NCBI GenBank assembly: GCA_000092065.1
Contig: CP000585.1
Reading direction: 5' to 3' (one strand)
Length of the DNA: 64,000 nt
DNA from: Ostreococcus lucimarinus
Taxonomy: Eukaryota
The notes under the pieces were generated by a model. It was not told the DNA's origin. It saw nothing but the letters and a program-made list of their open reading frames with translations, and made no database searches. Numbering within the stretch: the stretch's first letter is position 1; each line of letters starts with the position of its first letter. The translations under genes were made by a program, and so were the position numbers. Of the stretch, positions 41,135-51,106 are shown one piece after another.

Positions 41135-41665
41135 ATGGCGAGCGTCTCTGGAGCACTTCACCGCGTTCCAAAACTGTCTCCGAGAAACCTGGCCCCCGGA
41201 TCGCGCGAGGCGTCGAAGAACGTTGCGGGGCGTCAAAGCGTTGTCGCGAACATCTTCAAGAAGAATAAGGTACGCATTATCTCGATTTGTGATCATCACG
41301 GCGATTGGAAGCGTAACAACCTTGACAACAGGAACCTGACTGGGATGCGATGGAACGCCGACCGAGAACCGTTTCGGAAGAGATAGGCCGACGCCAATTT
41401 GCTAATCGACGGGCGAACAACGGGAAAGATAGGAAAGATCTGTACACAGACAATTGGGACGGGTAAGACAACTTTGGCAGCCAGCATTCACTTGCAGCCG
41501 CGGCGCTTGTTCAATTAAATAAAACTTGGTATTAAATCTTTTTGCAGGAGTGAATACAAGGGCAGTTCCTTCAATATTTTGAGCCTCGTCGCTGCGCTCT
41601 TCGTGCTCGTCCCGCTCGGGTTATTAATATTCGCGTACACATCGTACGGTACACTTTGGGGGTAA
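41135..41665 (+). CDS. Candidate small single-pass membrane protein with a presequence-like N-terminus, two exons around a ~290-nt AT-rich intron; acceptor ambiguous
   Basis: Exon 1 (frame of ORF 41102..41386) MASVSGALHRVPKLSPRNLAPGSREASKNVAGRQSVVANIFKKNK ends at a GTACGC donor (41270). Downstream is a polypyrimidine tract plus TTTTTGCAG (41541-41547). The first AG would give an immediate stop (gag tga). A second AG 13 nt later (caag, 41559-41560) opens in phase 0 onto GSSFNILSLVAALFVLVPLGLLIFAYTSYGTLWG*, a clear TM helix, with the stop at 41663-41665. Exon-2 coordinates read by eye. Confidence 0.3.
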
Positions 41666-42800
41666 TGAGACACTGGAGTAATTACTTGTGCGAACGGATA
41701 TCAATTTTGTAATTAAATGAAAGCATGCGTGCGTAAATGGGACAGCATCGAAGCGTCCATCCACATAGATGTACTCTGCTCGAGACATTTGTCGTTCGTA
41801 TTCGACGCTTTTCTCGCCGCGACGAATGATAACATTCTACGACGCGCTGCGACTAACACACATCGTAAGCGTGCCTGAGAGTGGAATTAAATTAAATTAA
41901 ATTATTTATCGTAAGTTTCTCGCACACTTCGCGCGTGATATCGACGTATGATGTTTGTGCACCGATGATTACGTGACTCGACCGCGCGCGTGTCGAATTT
42001 CGCCCAAACTATTCGACGAATGCTCTTTTTTGTGATTTGGGATTAAATAATTAAATCAGTAGATATTTCGCATCGTCTGACATGGACGTGTTCCTTAGCG
42101 TCATGGCGTGCGATTCGCGCCAGAGTCTCTGAGTTCGTGCATGGTACTGTCTGTGTCAATCTTGACGTGCTCAGAGCGCGATTAACGCGCTTTTTGACGA
42201 TGAAGTCTTGAGCTTTGTTCGAGTTTTGCAATATTCATTTAATTGTTTATGTGACGAACCATGAAGCAAGACAGGCGTTGATTGAATCGTTTTCCAAATG
42301 TATGGTCGTCGTAAAATAAATAACTGATCAGTCACTCACTTCTGCGATGCTATTTCTTAACGTGCGCGCGTGTATCGCTGTTTTTCAATGTTGCCCGGGT
42401 GAAATAAATAGACATTCGCTTTGCAGAGCGAGCGCCGCAACGCGAAATGTTGACGCCTCAGGAGCGCGCGATTCGATATGCGAACGACTTCTGTATTTAT
42501 TTCAAGTTGATTTGAGTGTTCTCGACCGATTTCGTCGGCCGTGTCGTTTTCGTTCCGACGTGCCCCTCGAGGCCAAGGCGAAAGAAAAACTATCACGAGA
42601 GGAAGATGAAGTGCTGATCGATCGGCGACTACAGATACAGCCTCGCGCGCGACAAAAGACGCGCGAGTTGAGTGGTGAACGCGCCCTACTGTTTGGCAAG
42701 CATGGTTGCTCGCGCCGTTGACTTTTGAACTTGCATTCCTGCACACACGTCGGCTATTCGAAGCGTGAATCGTACGTAGAAAAGATTTGGCGGGAAAAGA
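41400..42800. other. AT-rich island (~1.4 kb, visibly lower GC than the rest of the window) containing an (AATTA)4 repeat near 41887; no convincing ORF
   Basis: Seen directly. It includes the putative intron and 3' end of the small TM gene and the whole upstream region of the HA-repeat gene. It is the only extended non-coding stretch in the window. Confidence 0.6.
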
Positions 42801-42810
42801 TTTAGCGGGA

Positions 42811-44505
42811 ATGAGTGCAGCGCTGCTCAGCGGCGTGATGTTTCCTCGACGTTGCGCTGGCGTGCGATTTGATCGTAGATGTGTCGCATCAGCGCGTACT
42901 CGCGTGGCGCTTCTTCCGCTTGCGTCCGCGCACGGCGACAAATCAAATTCACCCGACAGGCGCGCAAGGATCAAGCGCATCATCAACGTGCGGCGTCCTC
43001 GCAGACAACACGCGATAACCGATTTGGTCGAGATGGAGTCAATAGAGACGGCCGAAGATATCCTTGCGACTCGTCAACCCGCTGAATTTCAGAAAAAAGC
43101 CTCCGTTGGTAGACTTGAGGAGCTGGTCGCGTTTTATGAGCTGTACGGGCATTCGACGCCGCCCGCCGGAACATCCCTCTCCAACTGGGTTAAAAAGATG
43201 CGCACGATGAAACGCCGTGGTGAGCTTGGGCAGGACGTCATACTATCATTGAATGCGCTCGAAATGGACTGGGAACCGCTGCAGAAGCGGAGATTCGCTC
43301 GATTAGAAGAATTACAAGCGTTCAAGGCGAAGGAAGGCCACGTTCAAGTTCCAGTCGGCGGCTCGCTAGAGCGGTGGGTCAGACGCATGCGCACACTCAA
43401 ACGCCAAGACAAATTGGCTGAAGACATTGTACAAGAATTAGATAAGTTGGGAGTGATTTGGGAGCCGAACGTTACCAAGAAGAATCATAGCGACGAAACG
43501 TTTGAGTCTCGCCTTGATGAACTCAAGGCGCTCGTCGCTTCAGATGGCAAGGTGAAGAGGACAAATCAGTATGAACCAGGAATGAAAACGTGGTTGTATC
43601 ATCAGCAACGGTGCTTTCGAGAGGGAAAGCTAAGTAAAGATAAGATTCAGGCGCTGAGAGACGTGGGTGTGACGCTCAAGATGACGCAGCGCGTCTCTTG
43701 GGACGCGCGACTGATGGAACTCATCGAGTTCAAGCGAATTCACGGTCACTGCAACGTCCCTGCCACATGGCGACACAATAAAGAATTAGGTTCGTGGGTG
43801 GGCACGCAGCGAAAGTACAAGCGCACCGGCAAATTATCTGATGAGCGCATCTCGGCGCTCACGTCCGTCGGCTTTGAATGGGAGCCAAAAAAGGCGCTTT
43901 CGCGCGGTGTGCGAAGCAAGGTTTCTCCGTGGACTGTATCGAGCATGTCATCCCAAAGAAAGGGTCCAAACGTGCAGATCAACTGGATAGGCGGTGAGGA
44001 TAAGAAACCACCGAGCAATGAAACGTTCACGTGGGGGCGCGCTTCGGTGAACTACGAAGAGAAGCAACAAATTGTGTTCAATGAAATCGAGAAGTGGTGG
44101 AAAGACGGTGCTTCCGAGAAGTTGAGCCCGCAAACTAGCATACGAGGGATGCGCTTAAATCATCGTTTGAAGATTGGCAAGAACGTCAACTTCAAGCCGG
44201 ATATATTGTTGGAGATTGTCTCGGTGACGGATGAACAGACGAGCACGTGGGGCCTAATTGTCGAGGTCGACGAGTTCGGTCATCGAAGAGGTAGCAAGAG
44301 CTACGTTAACGAGGAGTCGAGAATGAGCGAACTTCAAAAGGCTTTGGACGTGCCCATCAAATTCGTGCGATTTAATCCAGATCCGACCGAGGAAGATGAT
44401 CGTGAACTCGAAAACCGCATGGGAGGACTTCTTCAACACCTGAACGAAGCCGTCGCGCATCCGCCCATCCGTGATTTAGAAGTCTCTTATATCGCGTACG
44501 ATTAG
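42811..44505 (+). CDS. Helicase-associated (HA, PF03457-like) repeat protein (4 repeats) with a C-terminal Vsr/DUF559-like restriction-endonuclease-fold domain
   Basis: Four ~65-aa units with the HA signature W..F..L..L..F....GH..VP....LG.WV..QR......L......L..LGF.WEP (e.g. LQKRRFARLEELQAFKAKEGHVQVPVGGSLERWVRRMRTLKRQDKLAEDIVQELDKLGVIWEP). C-terminus PDILLEIVSVTDEQTSTWGLIVEVDEFGHRRGSKSYVNEESRMSELQKALDVPIKFVRFNPD resembles the D...EVD..H...R...RF core of Vsr/DUF559-type nucleases. Listed start 42787 is TTG; ATG at 42811. Confidence 0.75.
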   Translation: MSAALLSGVMFPRRCAGVRFDRRCVASARTRVALLPLASAHGDKSNSPDRRARIKRIINVRRPRRQHAITDLVEMESIETAEDILATRQPAEFQKKASVGRLEELVAFYELYGHSTPPAGTSLSNWVKKMRTMKRRGELGQDVILSLNALEMDWEPLQKRRFARLEELQAFKAKEGHVQVPVGGSLERWVRRMRTLKRQDKLAEDIVQELDKLGVIWEPNVTKKNHSDETFESRLDELKALVASDGKVKRTNQYEPGMKTWLYHQQRCFREGKLSKDKIQALRDVGVTLKMTQRVSWDARLMELIEFKRIHGHCNVPATWRHNKELGSWVGTQRKYKRTGKLSDERISALTSVGFEWEPKKALSRGVRSKVSPWTVSSMSSQRKGPNVQINWIGGEDKKPPSNETFTWGRASVNYEEKQQIVFNEIEKWWKDGASEKLSPQTSIRGMRLNHRLKIGKNVNFKPDILLEIVSVTDEQTSTWGLIVEVDEFGHRRGSKSYVNEESRMSELQKALDVPIKFVRFNPDPTEEDDRELENRMGGLLQHLNEAVAHPPIRDLEVSYIAYD

Positions 44506-44670
44506 TGCGCATGTGTACTTAAGCAAGTTGTAAATGACGACAAGAAATTGTGTAATGTGTCGCGTAGAACGTCTTTTAAAGTATTACATGTGTCAGTGCT
44601 GATTTGCGATCTCGGCGACCGGTGGCAGCGTGTACAGCGAGCGTGTTTTGTTCGGAGTCCTCTCGGTAAC

Positions 44671-45534
44671 TTAATCAAGGCAAGCGGCGGCGATAAAGAG
44701 CGACAAAATGCCAAACTCTGAGACAATGGTTGATGGAGAAGAGATCCCGGCGAAAGGAACGATGTCTACGCGTAGCCACCCCTGCACGGCGCCGCCGACG
44801 ACGGAGCCGACGACGAGGGCGCCAAACGCCAAAGCCGCGGCGCGTCCTATGCTCACGCGCTTCTGGTTCATGAACCACACCGTGGCGCCGAGCGCGGCGG
44901 CTATTTCAAGCCCGGTCGGGTTCTCTACGCCTTCCGGCTGCGCGAAACCTTGCAACAACGTCACGAGCGCGAGAGCGCCAAAGAGTGCGCCCGCTCGAGT
45001 CGTCGTCTCTCGCGACGGCGCCGCGAACCGCGGTCCCGCGGGAAGAGACTTCCCAGCCTCGCGCGCCCACGGCGGTAACGACGCCTTGATCTTATCAACC
45101 GCCGGCACCACATCGGCGTATTTCACTTCGTTCTTCACGCTCTCTCCCTTCGTTCGTCGGTTGAAAGACTTCATGAGCAGCACGTCGTACGCCGCCTCGA
45201 CTTCGCCTCGCTTGATTTCGTCTTCCGCGTATTTTTCGAGCATGTCCTTGTGCGCGCGCACGAGTTCATCGCTCGACGCGTCGGGTCGTAATCCGAGCAC
45301 CGCGTTCGCGCGCTGCGCGTCCATCCCCACCGACGGGTTCGGGTTCTCGTTCGACGCTCGCACCGCGATCGTCGACGCGCGTCGCGCGCGATTGCCGCGA
45401 TGGCGTTCGACGCGGTGCGCTTTGGTCGCGTCTCCGGCGTCGCGGCGGCACCGCGCGTGGCGATTGACGCGCGAGGACGACGACGACGACGACGACGTCG
45501 CCGCGCACGTCATCGCGCGCGACATCACGAGCAT
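44671..45534 (-). CDS. CPP1: CPP1/CDF1-like protein (chaperone-like protein of POR1): J-like domain without HPD plus C-terminal transmembrane helices; Ser/Arg-rich transit-peptide-like N-terminus
   Basis: NAVLGLRPDASSDELVRAHKDMLEKYAEDEIKRGEVEAAYDVLLMKSFNRR J-like domain, then hydrophobic helices (ALFGALALVTLL, AALAFGALVVGSVVGGAV, FGILSLFIAAACL). ATG (MLVMSRAMT) at 45534 by frame arithmetic. The longer listed ORF is antisense artefact upstream. Confidence 0.75.
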   Translation of the reverse strand: MLVMSRAMTCAATSSSSSSSSRVNRHARCRRDAGDATKAHRVERHRGNRARRASTIAVRASNENPNPSVGMDAQRANAVLGLRPDASSDELVRAHKDMLEKYAEDEIKRGEVEAAYDVLLMKSFNRRTKGESVKNEVKYADVVPAVDKIKASLPPWAREAGKSLPAGPRFAAPSRETTTRAGALFGALALVTLLQGFAQPEGVENPTGLEIAAALGATVWFMNQKRVSIGRAAALAFGALVVGSVVGGAVQGWLRVDIVPFAGISSPSTIVSEFGILSLFIAAACLD

Positions 45535-45861
45535 GGTCACGGCGCGAACGTCGCGCGTCGCGATGCGCCGCGCGCGCCATCGCGATCGCCCGATCCTCGG
45601 CGCGAGTCCGATTTCGCGCGATTTCGCCGGTCGCGACTCGCGCGCGCGTCGGTTGGAAAATATCGCCGGCGTATCGCCCGTCGAGAAGAAGAGACGAGAC
45701 GCGACGGCGGACCGGCGGTCGGCGGTGCGGTCGGTCGGCGCCCCAGTCGACGACGACGACGACGACCGATGGCGCGCGCGCGGCGTGGGTGAGCCGAACG
45801 ACGAGACGAGACGACGCGACGACGAGACGACCTCGGGGCGGACGAGGCGACTCGTGCGACC

Positions 45862-47445
45862 ATGGCGTCGAGACCGGCGATGGAGAAGCTCATCAAGCGA
45901 TGCTGCGACGCGAGCGCACCGAGCGTGGACGCGGTGGCGCTGAAAACGCTGAAGAGAACGGTGAGGAATAATGATGACGGTCTGCGGTGCGCGCACGAGA
46001 TACTGATGAAGACGATGCAATCGTCCAGGGCGAGCGCGGCGACGCGAGCGCGAGCGGTGACGACGACGAGCGAACTCTTCGAGCGTTCGCGACTGTTTCG
46101 AGAGCTCACGCTCGATCGATTGGAGGTGCTGATGAAATACACGATAGGGACGGATGATGATATTCCACTTCCCGACGTTCCCAAGGGCGAGGGCGATCGA
46201 TTGCGACAACACGCGATCGACGTTTTAGAGGCGTGGGAGGCAAAATTTAAGACGCAATACAAGCAGCTCACGTTGGCTCGCAAATTCGTCACCGAGCGCC
46301 TCGGTGATGACGCGCCGGAGGCGCGCGCGGAGCGCGCGCAGCGACTCACCGCTGAGAAAGAGCGCGAAGTGCAGTCGAAGCTTCAAAATCGATGGCTGGC
46401 GATAAAAACAGAGCTGCCCGCGTTGCTGGATGAAATCGACGACGCACGAAACGCCGCTTGCGAGTGCTTTCGTTTGCTCTTCGGTGATCGATTCGTGACG
46501 GAATTCAACGACGAATCATCGTTTGCGTCTAAAGATCGAAGTGCCTCGACGAGTACAACGGTCAATGACACGATACAATCGATGCGGGAAGACGAATGCG
46601 AAGACGACTGGGAAGACGTCGTCGACGGCGCCGTCAAGGATTGGCGGTTCGCGCAAGGTACTGACGAGCATACCACCGCGTCTTCATCCGTGACGAGCAT
46701 TGAGTTGAGAGAGACGAGTGAAAACGCACCAATCATAGAGCAACTCCGCGGTCTGTATCGCTCCACCAAGGCTCGGTATCTTCCGCGTCTCACAGAGACG
46801 CTTCAAATTTTGGGTCGAATTCAACCCGAGAACAAAGACGACGATGGAAACGTCGTGATCACTCAGACTGAGCGTTCGAGAGTGGTGAACGCCGTGAGCG
46901 AATTTAAGCAGACCTTTTCTGCGTTCGTGGAGCGATGCGAGGCGCTGAGATTGATTAAGCGTCGTCAAACCGGCGACGAGCCCGCAAACGCGAATGCGAA
47001 AGAGTCTTCGCCGACCGCCGCTGATCCGCCCCACGCGGTCGAAGAAGACGAGGATGACATAGAGTCACGTCGTGGAGCATCCAGTCGTGCCGTCGAGGCA
47101 CTTCTTGAGCGCGCGGCGAAGCGTCGGAAACGCGGGTCGAATGATGCGCGTCGCGCCAAGGAAGAAGCCGCGAAACGAGACGTTGACCGCGACGGCGAGC
47201 GACGGTCTCAGAAGATGCTGGCGAGCGAAATCAAGGCGCACAACGACGAAGTGCTCGCTGAGGCGGGATTAGACTTTTTCGAACTCGAACGAAGGCGTCA
47301 AAACGCCGCGTCTGAGACTTTGGCGAGCGATTTGATGGAGGAAGAAATTGAACGCCACAACGAGTTGACGGCGCGAGGAGCGACGCCGCGACAACGCATC
47401 GAGCGCAGCTTGAAAGAACTCAAGAGAGGAGGTAGGAATAGATAG
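45862..47445 (+). CDS. UVSSA: UV-stimulated scaffold protein A (UVSSA)-like, transcription-coupled repair factor
   Basis: N-terminal VHS-like region with LEVLMKYTIGTDDDIPLPDVPKGEGDRLRQHAIDVLEAWEAKFKTQYKQLTLARKFV and ACECFRLLFGDRF, paralleling UVSSA blocks (LELTLGTD...PLPPP...RLRQ...WNEKFG..YKKL; ESCFRLL). Basic C-terminal region. Confidence 0.75.
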   Translation: MASRPAMEKLIKRCCDASAPSVDAVALKTLKRTVRNNDDGLRCAHEILMKTMQSSRASAATRARAVTTTSELFERSRLFRELTLDRLEVLMKYTIGTDDDIPLPDVPKGEGDRLRQHAIDVLEAWEAKFKTQYKQLTLARKFVTERLGDDAPEARAERAQRLTAEKEREVQSKLQNRWLAIKTELPALLDEIDDARNAACECFRLLFGDRFVTEFNDESSFASKDRSASTSTTVNDTIQSMREDECEDDWEDVVDGAVKDWRFAQGTDEHTTASSSVTSIELRETSENAPIIEQLRGLYRSTKARYLPRLTETLQILGRIQPENKDDDGNVVITQTERSRVVNAVSEFKQTFSAFVERCEALRLIKRRQTGDEPANANAKESSPTAADPPHAVEEDEDDIESRRGASSRAVEALLERAAKRRKRGSNDARRAKEEAAKRDVDRDGERRSQKMLASEIKAHNDEVLAEAGLDFFELERRRQNAASETLASDLMEEEIERHNELTARGATPRQRIERSLKELKRGGRNR

Positions 47446-47510
47446 AAAGCAACCCTACGCAGACCATAGATAGACTAAACGTCAATAGTGCTACAACGAC
47501 TAGCTAATCA

Positions 47511-48158
47511 CTAATTTTCCTTTGCCTTGCCGAGCTTTTTCCTTCGTTGGGCGAACATGTACCGATAGAGCGTGTAAAACAGGAACGGGTACGCCACCAA
47601 GAGCGCGTTCAGGAACGTGACGTAATCGAACGCAAAGTTGTATGCATTTGGCATCGTTACCGCGTACATTTTAGTCTTCCGCGCGTGCGCTCGCGCGTCG
47701 TACATGAGTTTCATCTCCGCCGCCGCTCCGAGCGGGTACAGCGGCACGAACACCGTGTACCGCGACCACGTCAACCACTTGGGCGAACGTCCGATCAAAC
47801 CGCCGACGTAGGACGGATATCGCACCACTTCCGTCAGCGCCCACGCGAACACCAGCGCCGTCGCCGCGACGCTCGCGTGTGACGTCTTCACCGCGTCCAG
47901 CGCGCACTTCAGGCAGTGCGTGCGTCCGCTCCACTGCGCGAGCGCCGCCGCCGCGGGCGTCGGCGTCAATCCCGCGACCGCGTGCGCGATTTCCGCGAAC
48001 GAGGCGAGTTGAAACACCATCAGCGTCGATCGGCACGCGTCGTACGCCCCCGTGGCGTCGTCCAACGACGCCCGGGACGCCTTCGCGAGCACCGTCAACC
48101 ACCCGCACGCCTGCGCGACGTTGTACAGCACGAGGTATCGCCGCGCGAGCGCGCCCAT
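47511..48158 (-). CDS. Very-long-chain (3R)-3-hydroxyacyl-CoA dehydratase (HACD/PHS1/PTPLA family)
   Basis: RYLVLYNVAQACGWL, LYPLGAAAEMKLMYDA, YNFAFDYVTFLNALLVAYPFLFYTLYRYMFAQRRKKLGK are family hallmarks. ATG at 48158. Confidence 0.85.
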   Translation of the reverse strand: MGALARRYLVLYNVAQACGWLTVLAKASRASLDDATGAYDACRSTLMVFQLASFAEIAHAVAGLTPTPAAAALAQWSGRTHCLKCALDAVKTSHASVAATALVFAWALTEVVRYPSYVGGLIGRSPKWLTWSRYTVFVPLYPLGAAAEMKLMYDARAHARKTKMYAVTMPNAYNFAFDYVTFLNALLVAYPFLFYTLYRYMFAQRRKKLGKAKEN

Positions 48159-48460
48159 CGTCGTCGTCGAGGCGCGCGCGAGAGAGGGCGCGAGCGGCGA
48201 CGCGAGCGGCGCGATGTCGGCGTCGAGTCGAGTCGCGCGCGCGCGTGTCGCGCGTCGCGCGCGGCGTCATCCCGGACGAGTCGCGTAAACCCTGGACCTC
48301 TGAGACGACCCATATCGACTTTCTCGACTTTCGCGTCCCGGACGGTCGGCGCGGCACTCGACGCCGCGGGACGCGTCGCGCGTCCGTCGAGCGCGATCGG
48401 CGCATCGACGACGCGATCGAGCGCGTCGATCGCGTCGATCGCGTCGAAGCGCCGTCGTCG

Positions 48461-51034
48461 ATGGTCGCGCGCGCACCGCGCGACGACGACGACGACGACG
48501 AGAGAGACGACGACGACGACGAGGAAAAGTTGTTGGGACGGACGCGAAGCGATGGGACGGGGACGACGGCGCGCGAACGAATCGCGAGCGGAGATGACGA
48601 GTGGGATGAAAGAGACAGCGCACGCGCGGAATCGACGGGGCGAACGCGCGCGCGGGACGAGGACGCGTCGAGAGGGACGAAGACGGTCAAGTTGGCGATA
48701 GATGGGATGACGTGCGCGGCGTGCGCGGGAGGCGTCGAACGCGCGCTGCGAACGGCGAAAGGGGTGACTTCGGCGAGCGTGAGCTTGATTCCCGAGGGCG
48801 TGGCGGTGGTGGATTACGATCCCGAACACACGGGGGCGCGAACGTTGATAGATGCGGTGGAAGAGATCGGTTTCGGGGCGAGCGTGTATCGCGGCGGCGG
48901 CGACGAGCGCGCGAAGTCGAATCGAGAGCAGTCGAAATATAGAGAGGATTTGAAGGTGAGCATCGCGCTCACGGCACCGATCGTGCTGACGAACTTGATG
49001 CTCGAACGTATTTGGAGCCCTAAAGTGATGCGCGGGCTCTCGTTTTGGGTGTTCGTCAAGTGCGCGCTCGCCACTCGCGTGCAGTTTGGCGTCGGCATGC
49101 GCTTTCATCGCGGAGCTTTGAATTCGCTCAAACGCGGCGCTAGTAACATGGATGTCCTCGTCTCTCTGAGTACGAACGTCGCGTACGGGGTGAGCGTATT
49201 CAGTATGTTATACTGTCTCTTCTTCGGTTCTATGTTTGCGCGAGACTATTTCGACACGAGCGCCATGTTGATCACGTTCATATTGATTGGCAAGTATCTC
49301 GAAACGTCGGCGAGAGGGAAGACGAGCGCGGCGGTCACCAAACTACTCGAGCTCACGCCTCGCAACGCGACTTTGCTCAGGCCGACGAAAGACGATGCTG
49401 AGTTTAGTGAGAAAATCATCGCGACCGAGCTCATACACGTGGGTGATCTGCTGAAGGTTTTTCCGGGAGCGCGAGTGCCCGCCGACGGCGTCGTCGTGCG
49501 AGGCGAGGCATTCATAGACGAGTCCATGGTGAGTGGAGAAACGATGCCGGTGACGCGAAAAGTCGGCGCACGAGTGATAGGTGGTACAATTAACGAAGGA
49601 AACACCTTTGTCATACGTGCTGAAAAGGTGGGCGCAGACTCTACGCTCCACCAAATTGTCCATCTCGTCGAAAACGCCCAACTCGTCAAGGCGCCGATTC
49701 AAGCCTTTGCGGATCGCATTTCGAACATCTTTGTACCCGCTGTTGTGGTTTTGGCCTCGATAACGTTTTTATCTTGGTTGATCGCGGGGTGGGTGAACTC
49801 TTTCCCCACCGTGTGGGTGCCGACGAACGAAAACAAGACCCTCTTTGCAATGATGTTTGGCATCTCCGTCCTCGTTACGGCTTGTCCTTGCGCTCTCGGC
49901 CTCGCAACACCGACGGCGATCATGGTTGGAACTAGTGTCGCGGCAACTAGCGGTATCTTGGTTAAGGGTGCTGATGCTCTGGAACGAGCCGGTGCGCTGG
50001 ACGTAGTTGTGTTCGATAAGACTGGCACGTTGACTACGGGCTCGCCCACTGTCACCGCCTTCATAGCGTCGCAAGTTGAGACTCTCGATCAAATCATCAG
50101 TTTGGTGGTTTGCGTTGAGAAAGACAGCGAGCATCCGATTGCAAAAGCCGTGCGAGATTATGCCAGACGTCAAAGTCCGTCCGAAATACCTTCGAACTTA
50201 AAGTCGGACGTTCAAAACATCCCCGGCCAAGGCGTCTGTTGCGTGGTGAACGGCAAATCCGTGGCGCTGGGAAACGAAAAGATGATGCAGGAGCGAAACA
50301 TGCGGCAACTGTCCGAAGAAATCTCAAAGTTTGTGACAGAACACGAAGAGAGTGGAAAGACAGTGGTTTACGTGGGCGTTCAAGGTGTCGTCGAGGGAGC
50401 TTTCGCGGTGTCTGACGAGTTGAAATCCGACGCCAGAGAGACGGTGACTGCTTTGCGAGAGCGAGGCATCGAAAGCATCATGGTCACCGGCGACAACTTG
50501 AAGACCGCGCGCGCGATTGCACGTGCGTGCGGAATCGAGATTATCCATGCAGAGGCTTCACCAACGGATAAAGTGAACATCATCAAAGAATTACAATCAA
50601 AACGTTCGCCTCGAGCGAAGGACGAGTTCAAACCGACTTCAGTGGCGATGGTCGGCGACGGCGTCAATGACGCCCCATCGTTAGCATCCGCGGATGTTGG
50701 GATGGCAATCGGTGCTGGAACTGATATTGCGATCGAAGCGGCTGATTTCGTGCTCATGCACGCTGATTTGTACACAGTCGTCCGAGCCATAGATATTGCG
50801 CAGAAAACGTTTCGACAAATACGCCAAAACTACGTCTGGGCTCTGGGATACAACGCGGTCACGCTACCCCTCGCGGCGGGTGCGTTTTACCCGAGCATCA
50901 AAGTTTCACCATGGCTCGCGAGTATATTGATGGCGTCCAGCAGCATTTCCGTCGTCTTGGCCTCGTTATCGTTGACGAACAAGTGCGCAGCGCCGAGTCG
51001 TTCTCCGTTGCGAGCGATCAAGTTAGGTCAATAG
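48461..51034 (+). CDS. Cu+-transporting P1B-type ATPase (HMA/ATP7-like), single N-terminal heavy-metal-associated domain
   Basis: HMA motif GMTCAACAGGVE, TM CPC motif (TACPCALGLATP), DKTGTLT, GDGVNDAPSLA, and the HP/ATP-binding region. ATG (MVARAPRDDD) at 48461 by frame arithmetic. The upstream part of the listed ORF overlaps the HACD gene. Confidence 0.85.
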   Translation: MVARAPRDDDDDDERDDDDDEEKLLGRTRSDGTGTTARERIASGDDEWDERDSARAESTGRTRARDEDASRGTKTVKLAIDGMTCAACAGGVERALRTAKGVTSASVSLIPEGVAVVDYDPEHTGARTLIDAVEEIGFGASVYRGGGDERAKSNREQSKYREDLKVSIALTAPIVLTNLMLERIWSPKVMRGLSFWVFVKCALATRVQFGVGMRFHRGALNSLKRGASNMDVLVSLSTNVAYGVSVFSMLYCLFFGSMFARDYFDTSAMLITFILIGKYLETSARGKTSAAVTKLLELTPRNATLLRPTKDDAEFSEKIIATELIHVGDLLKVFPGARVPADGVVVRGEAFIDESMVSGETMPVTRKVGARVIGGTINEGNTFVIRAEKVGADSTLHQIVHLVENAQLVKAPIQAFADRISNIFVPAVVVLASITFLSWLIAGWVNSFPTVWVPTNENKTLFAMMFGISVLVTACPCALGLATPTAIMVGTSVAATSGILVKGADALERAGALDVVVFDKTGTLTTGSPTVTAFIASQVETLDQIISLVVCVEKDSEHPIAKAVRDYARRQSPSEIPSNLKSDVQNIPGQGVCCVVNGKSVALGNEKMMQERNMRQLSEEISKFVTEHEESGKTVVYVGVQGVVEGAFAVSDELKSDARETVTALRERGIESIMVTGDNLKTARAIARACGIEIIHAEASPTDKVNIIKELQSKRSPRAKDEFKPTSVAMVGDGVNDAPSLASADVGMAIGAGTDIAIEAADFVLMHADLYTVVRAIDIAQKTFRQIRQNYVWALGYNAVTLPLAAGAFYPSIKVSPWLASILMASSSISVVLASLSLTNKCAAPSRSPLRAIKLGQ

Positions 51035-51106
51035 TTACGCTTTAGCAGCTCTATATTTTAGTAGTACAACGCTCGCTCTATCGACGAAATTATCGCCAGA
51101 TATCGT

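Noticed and set aside
48095-49108. 337-aa minus-strand ORF and several Arg-rich plus-strand ORFs (47916..48701 etc.) around the HACD/Cu-ATPase promoter
   Set aside because: No domain content and extreme Arg/Ala bias. They overlap well-supported genes on the other strand or frame.
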